Virus record (IMG/VR): IMGVR_UViG_3300022555_003222
Coordinates: 66,809 to 130,808 of that record
Length of the DNA: 64,000 nucleotides
Reading direction: 5' to 3' (one strand)
From: a virus
The notes under the pieces are model-generated. The model saw only the letters and a program-made list of their open reading frames with translations. It was not told the DNA's origin and made no database searches. Made by a program: the position numbers and the translations under genes. Positions 8,658 through 18,676 of the stretch are shown piece after piece. Positions within the stretch are counted from its first letter, which is position 1. Each line of letters begins with the position of its first letter.

Positions 8658-11309
8658 TTATTCCTCTGATTTGGTTGGTTTATATCCTGGTTGTCCATCC
8701 AATTCAAGGATATGTAATTCATCTTTTGCCCTAGTGATTGCCACATATTTCATATTAGCTTCCTGTGCCAAATCCTTAGGTCGCTTTGCCTTTTTATGTG
8801 GGAACAAATCGTATCTCAAGATGTAGACACGGGAAAATTCTAATCCCTTAGACTTATGTGCTGTGGTGAGAACAATTGGATTCTCTTCTTCCATTTGCTT
8901 ACGATATTCTTTGAGATCTTTTTCATTATCTTGAACCTCAAAGGAATGTTTGCCAAGTCGGTCTTGCAACCATTGCTTGTACTGTCCAATACTTGTTCTG
9001 GCACCCTTTTCATTAGCACAAGTTTGAATAGTCGTTAAAATGGCCTCCGTCGATTCCTTCAGATCTTGCAGATATCCTCGTTTAGTAGCATGATTGCCAA
9101 ACATTTCTGTTTGATCATCTAAGAATTCATTCATGCGTGACTCTAAATCGGAACAATCATGATCATCGGTAATTCCAAACTTTGCCATTACCTTCTTGAG
9201 ATGCTTCAATAAATCGCCAGTAACATCCTTCCCTAAAATAATGAACGGTATGCCATTGCCTAACAATCTAAGAGCAGCATGCACCAAAGGTTCATTAGTA
9301 CGAGCAATAAAGGCTGTTTGTTTGAATTCTCCCTTAGTATCTTTCTGCTTGAGGGCACCACTGGCATTATCTTGCTTAATGGTGCCGAAAGCATCATCAT
9401 AAGCAATCTCTTGATTGGTAACCGTACCTTCCTCTCCCTCTTTCCATTTTTTGCCAGACTTCAAATCTTTCACGTGTGTTTCGCCCTCTGAAAATTCAAG
9501 AATCTTCGGACGAGATCGGAAGTTCTTACTGATGCTATGCACAACATTATCCTTGTCGTGAGAAACATCTGTTAGCATCTTGGCAAGATTGTTAAAAGCA
9601 TCTGCATCGGCACCTATAAATCGATAAATAGCTTGATTCGGATCACCGACAGCAATAACTTTAGCACCAGCTTCGGCCAACTTCTTCAGCATGATCTTAC
9701 GAGCTTCGTTAAAATCTTGAACTTCGTCAGCCATCACAATATCATATTTTGGCCAATGAATTTCATCAGCGTGAATAGCCGGGAACCAAGCGTCGTCTAC
9801 AAAGTCACGCATTTCACCTAAATTGTAATCACGCTCTCTATGTTTGTATTTCTCATCTGTTCCGCCCGGCATTGTTTTGTTCATCATCCAAGTGGCTGCC
9901 GTTTTAATTTCTTCTTTGAAATCTTTGGCCATAAAGTTGTATCCAAGGATTTGAGCAAGATCGTGTACAATGTCATCTTTGAAATAACCACTGTATTTGT
10001 TAATTCGCTCCTTAATCTCAGAAAGCGAAGTGTCAATGGTATCGTAATCATCTAACAACGCTTCAAGACCCTCTTTTAACTTATCTGGCTTGCGAGGATC
10101 AAGAGCATATGCCTTAGCCAAACCCACTACAGTAAGAGTTGCTTCTTTGAAATTATATGTAATCGATTTAAGCAAACTCATAAGCGACACACCTGTTCGC
10201 TCATACATCTCTGAACGACAGGCATTACAGTACGTAATGTTATATCGACCACTCTTCTTTTTAGCTAATGCACCATGACAGTGTGGGCAATCTAGTTTGT
10301 CTACTAGCCCAACGGACTTCATCACCTTGGCAAAACCACTACCGTCTGCCATAATTCTAGATTTGTCCAACTTGCCATTCCCCTCACCGCCTTGTAATCG
10401 CTGATTAATTCTGTCGGTCTGACCAATCTTGGCAAGATTTGGTTGCTCTTTGAGCAAGTCTCCTAAAAAGGCATTGGTTGTCTTGACTTCCACCCATTCA
10501 CGGGGAAACGACTCTTCGGCTTCAACTCTGTTCTTAGTATTAAAGACTAAATACAACCACTTTTGTCCAGGTTTGCCATACTTCCACGCTAAATGTTTTA
10601 ACATCGTAGTCTTGCCCGTACCCGCAAGAGCGTTAATCATCATGTGTGATGCGTTTGATTCCGACATCATACGCTCAAAACGTTCGTCAATCTTCTTCTG
10701 TTCTTCACTCATATCTTCCCGATTAAGAGTTTGAGCCTTCTGGGGAGCCGCCTGTTGCTGATAATCCGGCACCTTATCTTTTAATCCCTCTGGACTGTTG
10801 GCTGTTATATACTCATCTCCATTCTTTACAGCCTGAACTAATTGTGTCACTTCTTCTTTACTGAAAATTCCATTCTTGACGCCATTGGATTGGCCACTCA
10901 ATACAACAAAATCAGAACGACCATCATCTCGTTTCGCCAAAGCAATATATTGATCTGTTTTCATCTCGCCACCATCACGAATGATCTTAGCGAAAAACCA
11001 ACGACGAACAACATCAGTTGGTGCGGCAGGAGCATTGGGAACAGCGGGAGCAGCAGGTCTATTTGCACGACCACCACGGGATCTACGATTTTCCAATTCT
11101 TGTTCTAACTCCCTTCGGAATGCAGGAGGAATAAGACGATTGTTATTAATATTCTCTAAAGCCCATTGAATGTACGGAGCAGGAATACTTCGATCAGTGT
11201 GATCTTTGCCATTGTGTTTACCAAAAGTAAATCGAGTTTCCTGTAGATTCAAACACCCTCTGAGAATAGTTTGTGCCAACCATGCTGGAAACGTTATCTG
11301 ATCACTCAT
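8658..11309 (-). CDS. UvrD/REP-like SF1 helicase
   Basis: Walker A ALAGTGKTT, LVFN, DEVQD, VGDPNQAIYRF, NFRS, TAHKSKGLEF, YVAITRAK. Confidence 0.95.
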   Translation of the reverse strand: MSDQITFPAWLAQTILRGCLNLQETRFTFGKHNGKDHTDRSIPAPYIQWALENINNNRLIPPAFRRELEQELENRRSRGGRANRPAAPAVPNAPAAPTDVVRRWFFAKIIRDGGEMKTDQYIALAKRDDGRSDFVVLSGQSNGVKNGIFSKEEVTQLVQAVKNGDEYITANSPEGLKDKVPDYQQQAAPQKAQTLNREDMSEEQKKIDERFERMMSESNASHMMINALAGTGKTTMLKHLAWKYGKPGQKWLYLVFNTKNRVEAEESFPREWVEVKTTNAFLGDLLKEQPNLAKIGQTDRINQRLQGGEGNGKLDKSRIMADGSGFAKVMKSVGLVDKLDCPHCHGALAKKKSGRYNITYCNACRSEMYERTGVSLMSLLKSITYNFKEATLTVVGLAKAYALDPRKPDKLKEGLEALLDDYDTIDTSLSEIKERINKYSGYFKDDIVHDLAQILGYNFMAKDFKEEIKTAATWMMNKTMPGGTDEKYKHRERDYNLGEMRDFVDDAWFPAIHADEIHWPKYDIVMADEVQDFNEARKIMLKKLAEAGAKVIAVGDPNQAIYRFIGADADAFNNLAKMLTDVSHDKDNVVHSISKNFRSRPKILEFSEGETHVKDLKSGKKWKEGEEGTVTNQEIAYDDAFGTIKQDNASGALKQKDTKGEFKQTAFIARTNEPLVHAALRLLGNGIPFIILGKDVTGDLLKHLKKVMAKFGITDDHDCSDLESRMNEFLDDQTEMFGNHATKRGYLQDLKESTEAILTTIQTCANEKGARTSIGQYKQWLQDRLGKHSFEVQDNEKDLKEYRKQMEEENPIVLTTAHKSKGLEFSRVYILRYDLFPHKKAKRPKDLAQEANMKYVAITRAKDELHILELDGQPGYKPTKSEE

Positions 11310-11345
11310 TATATTTCACCCATTATTGCTTGTAAACTTATTTAT

Positions 11346-12254
11346 CTATCGCTGCTGCATTTTGGCCAACCGTATCCTTTGATTAATAAAATATTCCATC
11401 AATCTATGGAATTGTTCATATCCAGATTTCAATCTCTGCTCATAAGGCTGCATGTCTAAATCTTGATTGCCTTCTTTCCAATATTTAGCCCCAATACCCA
11501 CCGGATCACTCATCCCCCATATAAATCTAGGTAACTTCCCCGCCCTATCATTAATTTTGCCTATTTTGTTAATGTCAAAAGACTCCCCAGGAAATCGCAC
11601 AGAATACATGGCCGCATATTGCTTCGCATGCGCCCGCATCTCCCCAGGATCAAGATAGTAATCCACTATCCCAGAAGTATATTGGGCCAACTTGGCGGCA
11701 TCGCCGCCAAGTTGGCCTATTTTATTACTTAAATAGAACTTCATCGGTCTAGTAAAATTAACCTGTGAAGAATGAGTGTGTGTCATCTCATGATTAATCT
11801 GAATACGCAACCTCTTGAGCATTAATTGCACCTTATCATCATTAAAATCAGATGATTGAACCAAAGGCATTGTATTCAATTTAATTTCAAGAATATATCC
11901 ATGATTTAATTGAGCACCAGTAATTTCTTGGGTGGCTGGTGTCAATTGAATGACTATTCCATTCTTGGCAGTGGCATTTGGATGTAGTTGCGTGTGTCCT
12001 AACTGTTTGGGAATATCAATATTCAATCGTTTGTCAGGAGTGGATGTTGTACCAATATTTACCACTTCTGCATTTCCACCGGCTAATTCCAACACACAAT
12101 TGGTAAATTTCTTTTGTTGTCCCTGTTGTTTGTATTCAAAAAACTTTTTGACAGCATTGGTCAATAGATCAATGGCCCAATCTGATGCCATTGTTTCATA
12201 GTCATCGGATTCGTGTTGTAGGTCTACGGCTTCTAACCAATATCTAAAGTGCAT
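11346..12254 (-). CDS. Zincin-like (HExxH) protein
   Basis: INHEMTH plus downstream EMRAHA; N-terminus MHFRYWLE. Confidence 0.6.
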   Translation of the reverse strand: MHFRYWLEAVDLQHESDDYETMASDWAIDLLTNAVKKFFEYKQQGQQKKFTNCVLELAGGNAEVVNIGTTSTPDKRLNIDIPKQLGHTQLHPNATAKNGIVIQLTPATQEITGAQLNHGYILEIKLNTMPLVQSSDFNDDKVQLMLKRLRIQINHEMTHTHSSQVNFTRPMKFYLSNKIGQLGGDAAKLAQYTSGIVDYYLDPGEMRAHAKQYAAMYSVRFPGESFDINKIGKINDRAGKLPRFIWGMSDPVGIGAKYWKEGNQDLDMQPYEQRLKSGYEQFHRLMEYFINQRIRLAKMQQR

Positions 12255-12299
12255 ATGGTATCTATTGCCATTTCAAGCAAAACATGCTAGACTACAGAC

Positions 12300-12713
12300 A
12301 TGAATCTTACAACATATACAGATCGAGAACTTGACGATCTCATCCGTGAGATCCAACAAGAAAAAGACAATCGCTGGTGGGCCAGAGTTTTGGCCGCTGC
12401 CAAGCAAGCTAAGGAAATACAAGAAGATTATTTCCAAACCGTGGCAAATGCCATGTTTTATCAATGTAGCAAATCCAGCACGCCGTCTGCGCAGGAAGCT
12501 AAAGAATTAATGCCAAAGGATGATACTGTTCGAGACATAGCTTATCATTTGGCTGAAATCGCATATGCAAAACATCAAAAACTACGTGATCAAAACGAAG
12601 AAACCCTTGCAGTTTATAGAAAACTCAAGAGTTTCTTTGATGAAGGTAACTTCGTGTTCCAACATACGCATTATGAATATTGCGATAATGGACACTATTA
12701 CAGAATGAGTTAA
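12300..12713 (+). CDS. Hypothetical protein
   Basis: 137-aa ORF with helical, protein-like composition. Confidence 0.7.
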   Translation: MNLTTYTDRELDDLIREIQQEKDNRWWARVLAAAKQAKEIQEDYFQTVANAMFYQCSKSSTPSAQEAKELMPKDDTVRDIAYHLAEIAYAKHQKLRDQNEETLAVYRKLKSFFDEGNFVFQHTHYEYCDNGHYYRMS

Positions 12714-13012
12714 ACTTTGCCTAAGCTGGAAAAGTCAAACTTTTTCTTCTTGATCGGTGGAGGTGGCTCATCGCCATCTTTATCGCCATCTTCATCACCC
12801 ATATCATCGCCTTCATCGCCATCTGGCTCATCTTCTTCATCGGGCGCATCTGCGTCAATATCATCATCGCCTTCTTCGCCATCTTCATCATCACCCATGT
12901 CGTCTTCTGGTGGCACGTCATCACTGGGTTTGCGATGTAATCGAGATAGGGGCTTTTTATCTACGTTTATATCCATCCCCATCTCTGTTAACCATTCATT
13001 AAATGTCTTCAT
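12710..13012 (-). CDS. Highly acidic protein with capsid-targeting-like N-terminus
   Basis: MKTFNEWLTE; D/E/G-rich core; AGGAG RBS; TAGATA box upstream. Confidence 0.75.
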   Translation of the reverse strand: MKTFNEWLTEMGMDINVDKKPLSRLHRKPSDDVPPEDDMGDDEDGEEGDDDIDADAPDEEDEPDGDEGDDMGDEDGDKDGDEPPPPIKKKKFDFSSLGKV

Positions 13013-13070
13013 AATGCAAATTCTCCTTCTAAGGAATTATAGTATCTAGACGTAAAAGTTAATTTTTTCC

Positions 13071-14516
13071 TTAGCTTTTACTTTTTTGCATCCTACGAAG
13101 ATGCTTGGCAAGTGCCCTTTTATGTTGTTGAAATGCAGCCGGTAATGTTGGAATTACCTCTATTGGGGTTGCCTGCGTTACAGGGGTTGGTAATTCGGCA
13201 TGTGTTTTATTTTGATATTTTTCAATTTCTCTCTGTCTTCGTAATATCGGTGGATGCAATGACCTTTCTTTTGATTGATACAAAGCGGCTTGCGGTTCTT
13301 CTATCATCTCCGTAATTACACAATCAGGTCGTACCTTCTCTAAATATGCCTCAATGGATTTCTGTTTTCTAAATGTAGGCCAATGTGTGGACTTTTCTGG
13401 TTGAGATAAAACCGTTACTTGCGGCTCCTCTATCATTTCTGTAACTACACAATCAGGTCGTACCTTCTCTAAATATGCCTCAATGGATTTCTGTTTTCTA
13501 AATGTAGGCCAATGTGTGGACTTTTCTGATTGAGATAAAGCCACCACTTGAGGCTCCTCTATCATTTCTGTAACCACACAATCAGGTCGTACCTTCTCTA
13601 AATATGCCTCAATGGATTTCTGCTTCCTCAACATCGGTTTTTGCCACGACGCCTCTTCTACAGGTTCTATAACTTCCACTTCTTGCTCAACGTGCTCTGA
13701 TGTTCGTGGTGTCGTTACACCCAACATATGGTTTCGATATATGCTTGTTAAATTTCTTCGTAAACTCTTTACAGGATCTTGTATCTGTAACGACACTATC
13801 TCTTCTGGCAATTCTTCTACCTCTACCATGCTTGTCTCTGGTAATATCTCAACAATACGACTGCCAAGCATTTTGGTACGATAAATATTACGAATGTGCC
13901 TTTGCTTCGCATCCTCATACGACATGTGTCGTACTTGTGATTGCATGAAAGATAACTGTTGCACTTGTTCTTGTTCTGTTAATGCTGCAACTTCGACTAT
14001 TTCTGTTTCATCTTGTGCTAAAATTGTTGGCACAACACAAGATTGCATATTGATTTGACGACGATCTCCCAAACTACGTTGTTGTAGTTTTTGTGGTGAT
14101 ACTTCTAACACCTGAGCCTTTAACTGAATAGCCTCCCGTGTTAATAATTGCTTCGACACATCTAGTTGCTGTAATAAATTAAACGACTGCATTGTTGTGT
14201 CGTCTTGAGGTTCGGCAAGAGTGAAAATGTATTGTTGACTTCTATATTTGTCAATGAGCACTTGCTGTTGACAAAGAGTGGCTCCCGCTACCATCGCACC
14301 ATTAATAATAATTAATGGAAGATTGCCAGTCATATCCGGTTCATCTCTACCAGGACGATGAACAACTTTACATCTAAATCCCCTAGCAACAAATCGTAAT
14401 GACTCAATAAATTCTGGAGAAAACGCATCTAAAGGCATTTCACTCCAATCGTCGGCCGTAGTGTTTACCGTCCAAAGATCTAAATCAATTTCTCTCCACA
14501 CTTCAGTTAAAGCCAT
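13071..14516 (-). CDS. Hypothetical protein with 43-aa tandem repeats
   Basis: 481-aa ORF; AAGGAG RBS. Confidence 0.8.
   Translation of the reverse strand: MALTEVWREIDLDLWTVNTTADDWSEMPLDAFSPEFIESLRFVARGFRCKVVHRPGRDEPDMTGNLPLIIINGAMVAGATLCQQQVLIDKYRSQQYIFTLAEPQDDTTMQSFNLLQQLDVSKQLLTREAIQLKAQVLEVSPQKLQQRSLGDRRQINMQSCVVPTILAQDETEIVEVAALTEQEQVQQLSFMQSQVRHMSYEDAKQRHIRNIYRTKMLGSRIVEILPETSMVEVEELPEEIVSLQIQDPVKSLRRNLTSIYRNHMLGVTTPRTSEHVEQEVEVIEPVEEASWQKPMLRKQKSIEAYLEKVRPDCVVTEMIEEPQVVALSQSEKSTHWPTFRKQKSIEAYLEKVRPDCVVTEMIEEPQVTVLSQPEKSTHWPTFRKQKSIEAYLEKVRPDCVITEMIEEPQAALYQSKERSLHPPILRRQREIEKYQNKTHAELPTPVTQATPIEVIPTLPAAFQQHKRALAKHLRRMQKSKS
13297..13635. repeat. 129-bp coding tandem repeat (about 3 copies)
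   Basis: caatcaggtcgtaccttctctaaatatgcctcaatgg at 13321, 13450 and 13579. Confidence 0.95.
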
Positions 14517-14525
14517 AACTGCTCC

Positions 14526-14771
14526 TTAATATTGCTGATCCCTTCGAGTCATGTGTCCTTCATAATACAATCGACGAGCGGGATAGAAATGAACTTCAGG
14601 CCATTCCCTGAAACTGCGCACGGGATCTGCCAGTATTTCGCCACCATTAAAATCCATTTCGGCAGGGCCTTCAAGCCCATCATTCAATAATATAGTTGTC
14701 CACCACGGATCGGTGGTAAATGTGTAAGAACTCCACTGTCCAACTGTTTTATCAATCCATCCATTAGCCAT
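14526..14771 (-). CDS. Hypothetical protein
   Basis: Start MANGWID with TATATA box 5 nt upstream. Confidence 0.65.
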   Translation of the reverse strand: MANGWIDKTVGQWSSYTFTTDPWWTTILLNDGLEGPAEMDFNGGEILADPVRSFREWPEVHFYPARRLYYEGHMTRRDQQY

Positions 14772-14798
14772 GTAATTATATACGATTCGTAAATAGAA

Positions 14799-14829
14799 AA
14801 AGCCCACTCGGCAAAGCCGAGTGGGCTTT
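14799..14829. terminator. Intrinsic terminator hairpin
   Basis: 14-bp stem, 3-nt loop, A/T tracts; downstream of frr. Confidence 0.8.
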
Positions 14830-14839
14830 ATTTTAGACG

Positions 14840-15343
14840 CTATAGTGTATTTAATTTCTTTTGCACAATCACATCCACTTCCTTAATGGCAGCATCCGTT
14901 GCTTTTTGCAAAGCCTTTTCATCCACATCATCTTTCTTGGCTTTTTTGCGAATATTACGAATCGCTACCCTCGCATCTTCCGCCGAACGACGGATGTGTG
15001 ATGAGACTTCTTCTTTCTGACCATACTTCTGTGTGCTAACCACAACCCTGTCTTTGGAAAAAACATAAGCCGTGAAACCAGCACCAGAAATAGCTTTCGC
15101 AATCCGGCCCATAATGCCAGGATCTTCTTTGAGAATAAATGGATCAAAAAGAGAAACGGAAACTTGATCTTTAATCGCTTCCGTATTTGTCAGATGTTCC
15201 AAAGGAATCATTTGGCCTTTGAAACTGACTTTGATAGATGAAATCAGATTTGGACTAATCTGACTTCCACGAATTCCTCGCAATTGCTGCGATAATACAT
15301 CGACACTTTGGGACATCTTGTTGATGGCCTCTACTAAATTCAT
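14840..15343 (-). CDS. frr: Ribosome recycling factor homolog
   Basis: LRGIRGSQISPNLISSIKV...AEDARVAIRNIRK...LQKATDAAIKEVD matches RRF signatures. Confidence 0.88.
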   Translation of the reverse strand: MNLVEAINKMSQSVDVLSQQLRGIRGSQISPNLISSIKVSFKGQMIPLEHLTNTEAIKDQVSVSLFDPFILKEDPGIMGRIAKAISGAGFTAYVFSKDRVVVSTQKYGQKEEVSSHIRRSAEDARVAIRNIRKKAKKDDVDEKALQKATDAAIKEVDVIVQKKLNTL

Positions 15344-15411
15344 TTTCTCATCTTACTTCTCCTGTAAAAAGGTGTGTCCTTATTGTAGTACAGAAGTAAG
15401 AAGATGTAAAG

Positions 15412-16461
15412 CTATCGGCTCAATTTTTCTTTGCCAAACATCCCAGCAGATATTTTTTGTAAATCTCTCATTTTTTCACCATCAGGAGCTAACATCGTAT
15501 TTTCTCCCGGCTGCCCTTGGCGATCTACCTTGTCGGTTACAATTGCCTCTAAATCATTGTCATATCCTATGTTAAACCCTACCACTCTACCCCGATGCCA
15601 ATATCTACCACTTTGAGATTGAACCATGTCTCCAATGCCAATCTTTGCTGGATTGTGCCGTGGATCAGTAATCATTATCATGATTTGACGTTGACGTTCA
15701 CTTTCTCTTTGACGACGAGCCTCGTCTTCTGCCCGTTGAGCGGCTGCCTGTTCGGCCGATTGTCTCTGCCTTCGTGCTACCTCTTCCGGTGAAGATGCAA
15801 TTCGTCTGCGTTCGTCTTCGGCTGCCCTCGCAGCTAGTCTTTCCTGCTGCTCTTTAGCCCAATGTGTTTGGAAGGCTATTGAAATGCTGGTAAACAAATC
15901 GTTTTTCCTCTCTCCAGCATCAATCGCAGGTAACCCTTGTGGTACATACTTTTTATCATACGACTCTCTGCTTATCCACCACGTTGGATAGTCTGGATTC
16001 GCTGGATCACAAGGAACGTAATGATCAGGGAACATATTCTTCTTCATCCATAAAGCATAAACCTTCTTGCGAGCATCTTTGTTTCTATCTGTGTTCTGTT
16101 TTATTGTGGGAGCCCAAGATAATTGCTTTGGCTTGTGCTGACTAATGTAATCGCTCAAAGCATACACAACGCCATTGCCTACCTGCTTTTCTACATTCGC
16201 TCCAGTAGCTTGATAAGCATCATATGATTTGTAATTTGGCTTAAATGCTACACTTACCGTATCACCCTGGTTTTGAAACGACACTTGATAACAACGCCCA
16301 CCAGTAGAATCCTTAGAAGCATCACACGCAGGATCTTCAGGTATGTTAAAATAGAAATACTTGTATGGACCACCATCTACCCATTGACCATCTTGCGGTG
16401 GAGTACCAGTTGAAAACAATTCATTTAATTCTTGTTGCTCTAAATATTCCCGAAAATTCAT
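15412..16461 (-). CDS. Hypothetical protein with capsid-targeting-like N-terminus and coiled coil
   Basis: MNFREYLEQQELNE; long ORF. Confidence 0.8.
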   Translation of the reverse strand: MNFREYLEQQELNELFSTGTPPQDGQWVDGGPYKYFYFNIPEDPACDASKDSTGGRCYQVSFQNQGDTVSVAFKPNYKSYDAYQATGANVEKQVGNGVVYALSDYISQHKPKQLSWAPTIKQNTDRNKDARKKVYALWMKKNMFPDHYVPCDPANPDYPTWWISRESYDKKYVPQGLPAIDAGERKNDLFTSISIAFQTHWAKEQQERLAARAAEDERRRIASSPEEVARRQRQSAEQAAAQRAEDEARRQRESERQRQIMIMITDPRHNPAKIGIGDMVQSQSGRYWHRGRVVGFNIGYDNDLEAIVTDKVDRQGQPGENTMLAPDGEKMRDLQKISAGMFGKEKLSR

Positions 16462-16591
16462 AATGACCATCCCCGAATTTTCATATCCCGGTTTTTATTC
16501 TATAGAAGTCCTAAATGAAATAGACCCACCCGGCGAAGCCGGGTGGGTCTTATCAATCTGCTTAAAGGGATATAACCTATCCCCCTACGCA

Positions 16592-17284
16592 CTACTTGCC
16601 CTTGCCCAAATCTCCTAACGACTTCTTCAACCCCGCTATCGCCGCCTCGTTACTCTCAAATCGCTTGATCCAATAACGACCGCCCTCTTCTATCTCCTTC
16701 ATGTGAATCTTAAAAGCACCATCGCCCTCTTGAATCTTGTCATCCATATTGTTCAAAGTCATCCGTAAAGCCACTAACCTCTGCCGATTCACCTCCATCT
16801 CCTGCTTCAATGACTCCCGATCCTCATCTATCCCTTTCTGAATAATCAGCATTTGCAAATCCATCTTCTTTTGAACAGTTAATAACTCTAACTCCAGTTT
16901 TAACTCTTTACGAAGAATCTCTATTGTCTTTTGCTGATTATCACAGATCTGTTTTAATATATCTTCGTTTAGTTTATTTTGTAATGTTTTAAGCTCTGAA
17001 CTACGCTCTACACATATCTGAGCCTCCTGCTCTTGATTTAATTGCATTTGATCAATTCTATGGCTTAATTTGGATATACGGACACCATCTATGATCGACA
17101 TCGTAAGAAAACCAACCATTAACCCAATAATGAGTGTGATTTGCCACCAATGAACCCTCATAATACGTATTTGTTCCATAACTCCCCCTATTTGCTGGCC
17201 ACAACCTTGATCTCTCGACTGTTCCTCTTGGCCCACTCTATCGTAGCCTCCATCATCGTAGTTTCCTCTGGCATCTCCTGCCAA
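16592..17284 (-). CDS. Membrane-anchored coiled-coil protein
   Basis: TM segment WWQITLIIGLMVGFLTMSII then long heptad-like region; true start may be MEQIR. Confidence 0.7.
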   Translation of the reverse strand: MAGDARGNYDDGGYDRVGQEEQSRDQGCGQQIGGVMEQIRIMRVHWWQITLIIGLMVGFLTMSIIDGVRISKLSHRIDQMQLNQEQEAQICVERSSELKTLQNKLNEDILKQICDNQQKTIEILRKELKLELELLTVQKKMDLQMLIIQKGIDEDRESLKQEMEVNRQRLVALRMTLNNMDDKIQEGDGAFKIHMKEIEEGGRYWIKRFESNEAAIAGLKKSLGDLGKGK

Positions 17285-17368
17285 ACCACCTCTACAGCAT
17301 CATAGTTCTCCGATGCCAATGTAATTATATCAAAAATTGTCATCTCTTCCATAGGGTCTCCTTATTTG

Positions 17369-17827
17369 TTAAAATGGTGACGATGGAGCCTGTTGCTTCA
17401 CCAATACTCTTTTTTCTTTTAGATACTGAGCAAGCTTAATCACATGCTTGCATACCCCGCCTCTGGCTTTCGCTCTAATAAATTGAATACAAGTACAACT
17501 TGGTTCCACATCCGTATCACGATAACCCAATCTTTCAAAATGATATTCTTTGCCGTCCGGTCCCTGGAGATGATAATCATTAGGTGACCACATGCCAGTC
17601 ATATAGGAGATGTTGCGAAACAAAAGTTTCGTGACATACATGTCTCCCTGACTACCTCGAATACGACCAGTAAACAATAAGGTCTTCGCCTGGGGATCAG
17701 GACGAGTTACTACATTGTCAACCTCTATGTTCCCAATCCTATTCAGAATGTCCGCTTGATTCTGCTGCGTCTTTTGAAAAAATCCAGCTAAATCAGTTTC
17801 AGAAAGTAACCACTGCTTGAAATTCAT
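17369..17827 (-). CDS. SWIM zinc-finger protein
   Basis: CTC...CKH motif; MNFKQWLLSE N-terminus. Confidence 0.75.
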   Translation of the reverse strand: MNFKQWLLSETDLAGFFQKTQQNQADILNRIGNIEVDNVVTRPDPQAKTLLFTGRIRGSQGDMYVTKLLFRNISYMTGMWSPNDYHLQGPDGKEYHFERLGYRDTDVEPSCTCIQFIRAKARGGVCKHVIKLAQYLKEKRVLVKQQAPSSPF

Positions 17828-17879
17828 TTTTACCCCTCTTCAGGTTCATGTTATTATCTATGAATCGATATATAATTCC

Positions 17880-18401
17880 ATGAAAACTTTTACACAATGG
17901 ATAGAAGCAATTTCGGCTCCCAACATGAGTAATTACGATGATATCAGAATTACCAAATCTGAAAAGCCTGTTTTGGATAAAGTGAAAGCCGTGCTCTCTC
18001 ATTTGAATACCGTCAAGTACGAAATCCTTGGTCACGGCATCCGAAGTGTAGCAGATCTACCAGCAATATACAAAAATGGATTATTGTTTCCAGTAGGAAG
18101 AGCAGAAAATCCAGTACCACATATAGATGGGTTTATGGGAACTACACGAACAATATTTGAGGCTGGAATTCCAATTGAAGAACAAGCAGATAAACACTTC
18201 GATGGATTACTCCAATGGAGCTACGCACATAGAAAACAAATCCTGCTCATCCAAGCCCCACCAAACGATCCACTTTCCATTATTGTAAACAATCCCCAAG
18301 AACGAACGGCAACGCATTGGAGATGGTCGCCCTATATCATTGATCCTAAATCAATGCTGGGCTATTTTGATGCTGAACAAATTAAATTCTTTCCCAAATG
18401 A
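17880..18401 (+). CDS. Hypothetical protein with capsid-targeting-like N-terminus
   Basis: MKTFTQWIEA with TATATA 5 nt upstream; HG...IYKNGL weakly resembles an ART fold. Confidence 0.7.
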   Translation: MKTFTQWIEAISAPNMSNYDDIRITKSEKPVLDKVKAVLSHLNTVKYEILGHGIRSVADLPAIYKNGLLFPVGRAENPVPHIDGFMGTTRTIFEAGIPIEEQADKHFDGLLQWSYAHRKQILLIQAPPNDPLSIIVNNPQERTATHWRWSPYIIDPKSMLGYFDAEQIKFFPK

Positions 18402-18402
18402 A

Positions 18403-18433
18403 AAACCCACTCCCGCAAAGCGGGAGTGGGTTT
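18403..18433. terminator. Bidirectional terminator
   Basis: 14-bp stem, 3-nt loop between convergent genes. Confidence 0.8.
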
Positions 18434-18442
18434 ATTAAACAA

Positions 18443-18637
18443 TTACTCTTCGTCTATCTGCTTGGCCGCATTTCTGCTGTTCTCAGGTGTGTTCTTCTTG
18501 TAAGGTGGCTTCTTGCTGTCCCTGTATCTTGGATTCCCACCCACATAACCACTCTTTCCATGATTCTGATCATTAACGTGCTTCCCTTGATAAGAATCCC
18601 GATCCTTGCCCTCCATCCACTGTGTAAATGTAATCAT
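18443..18637 (-). CDS. Small hydrophilic protein with capsid-targeting-like N-terminus
   Basis: MITFTQWMEG; AAGGAGG RBS. Confidence 0.7.
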   Translation of the reverse strand: MITFTQWMEGKDRDSYQGKHVNDQNHGKSGYVGGNPRYRDSKKPPYKKNTPENSRNAAKQIDEE

Positions 18638-18676
18638 GTTGCCTCCTTAACTATATATAATTAGAAGGAGAACAAA

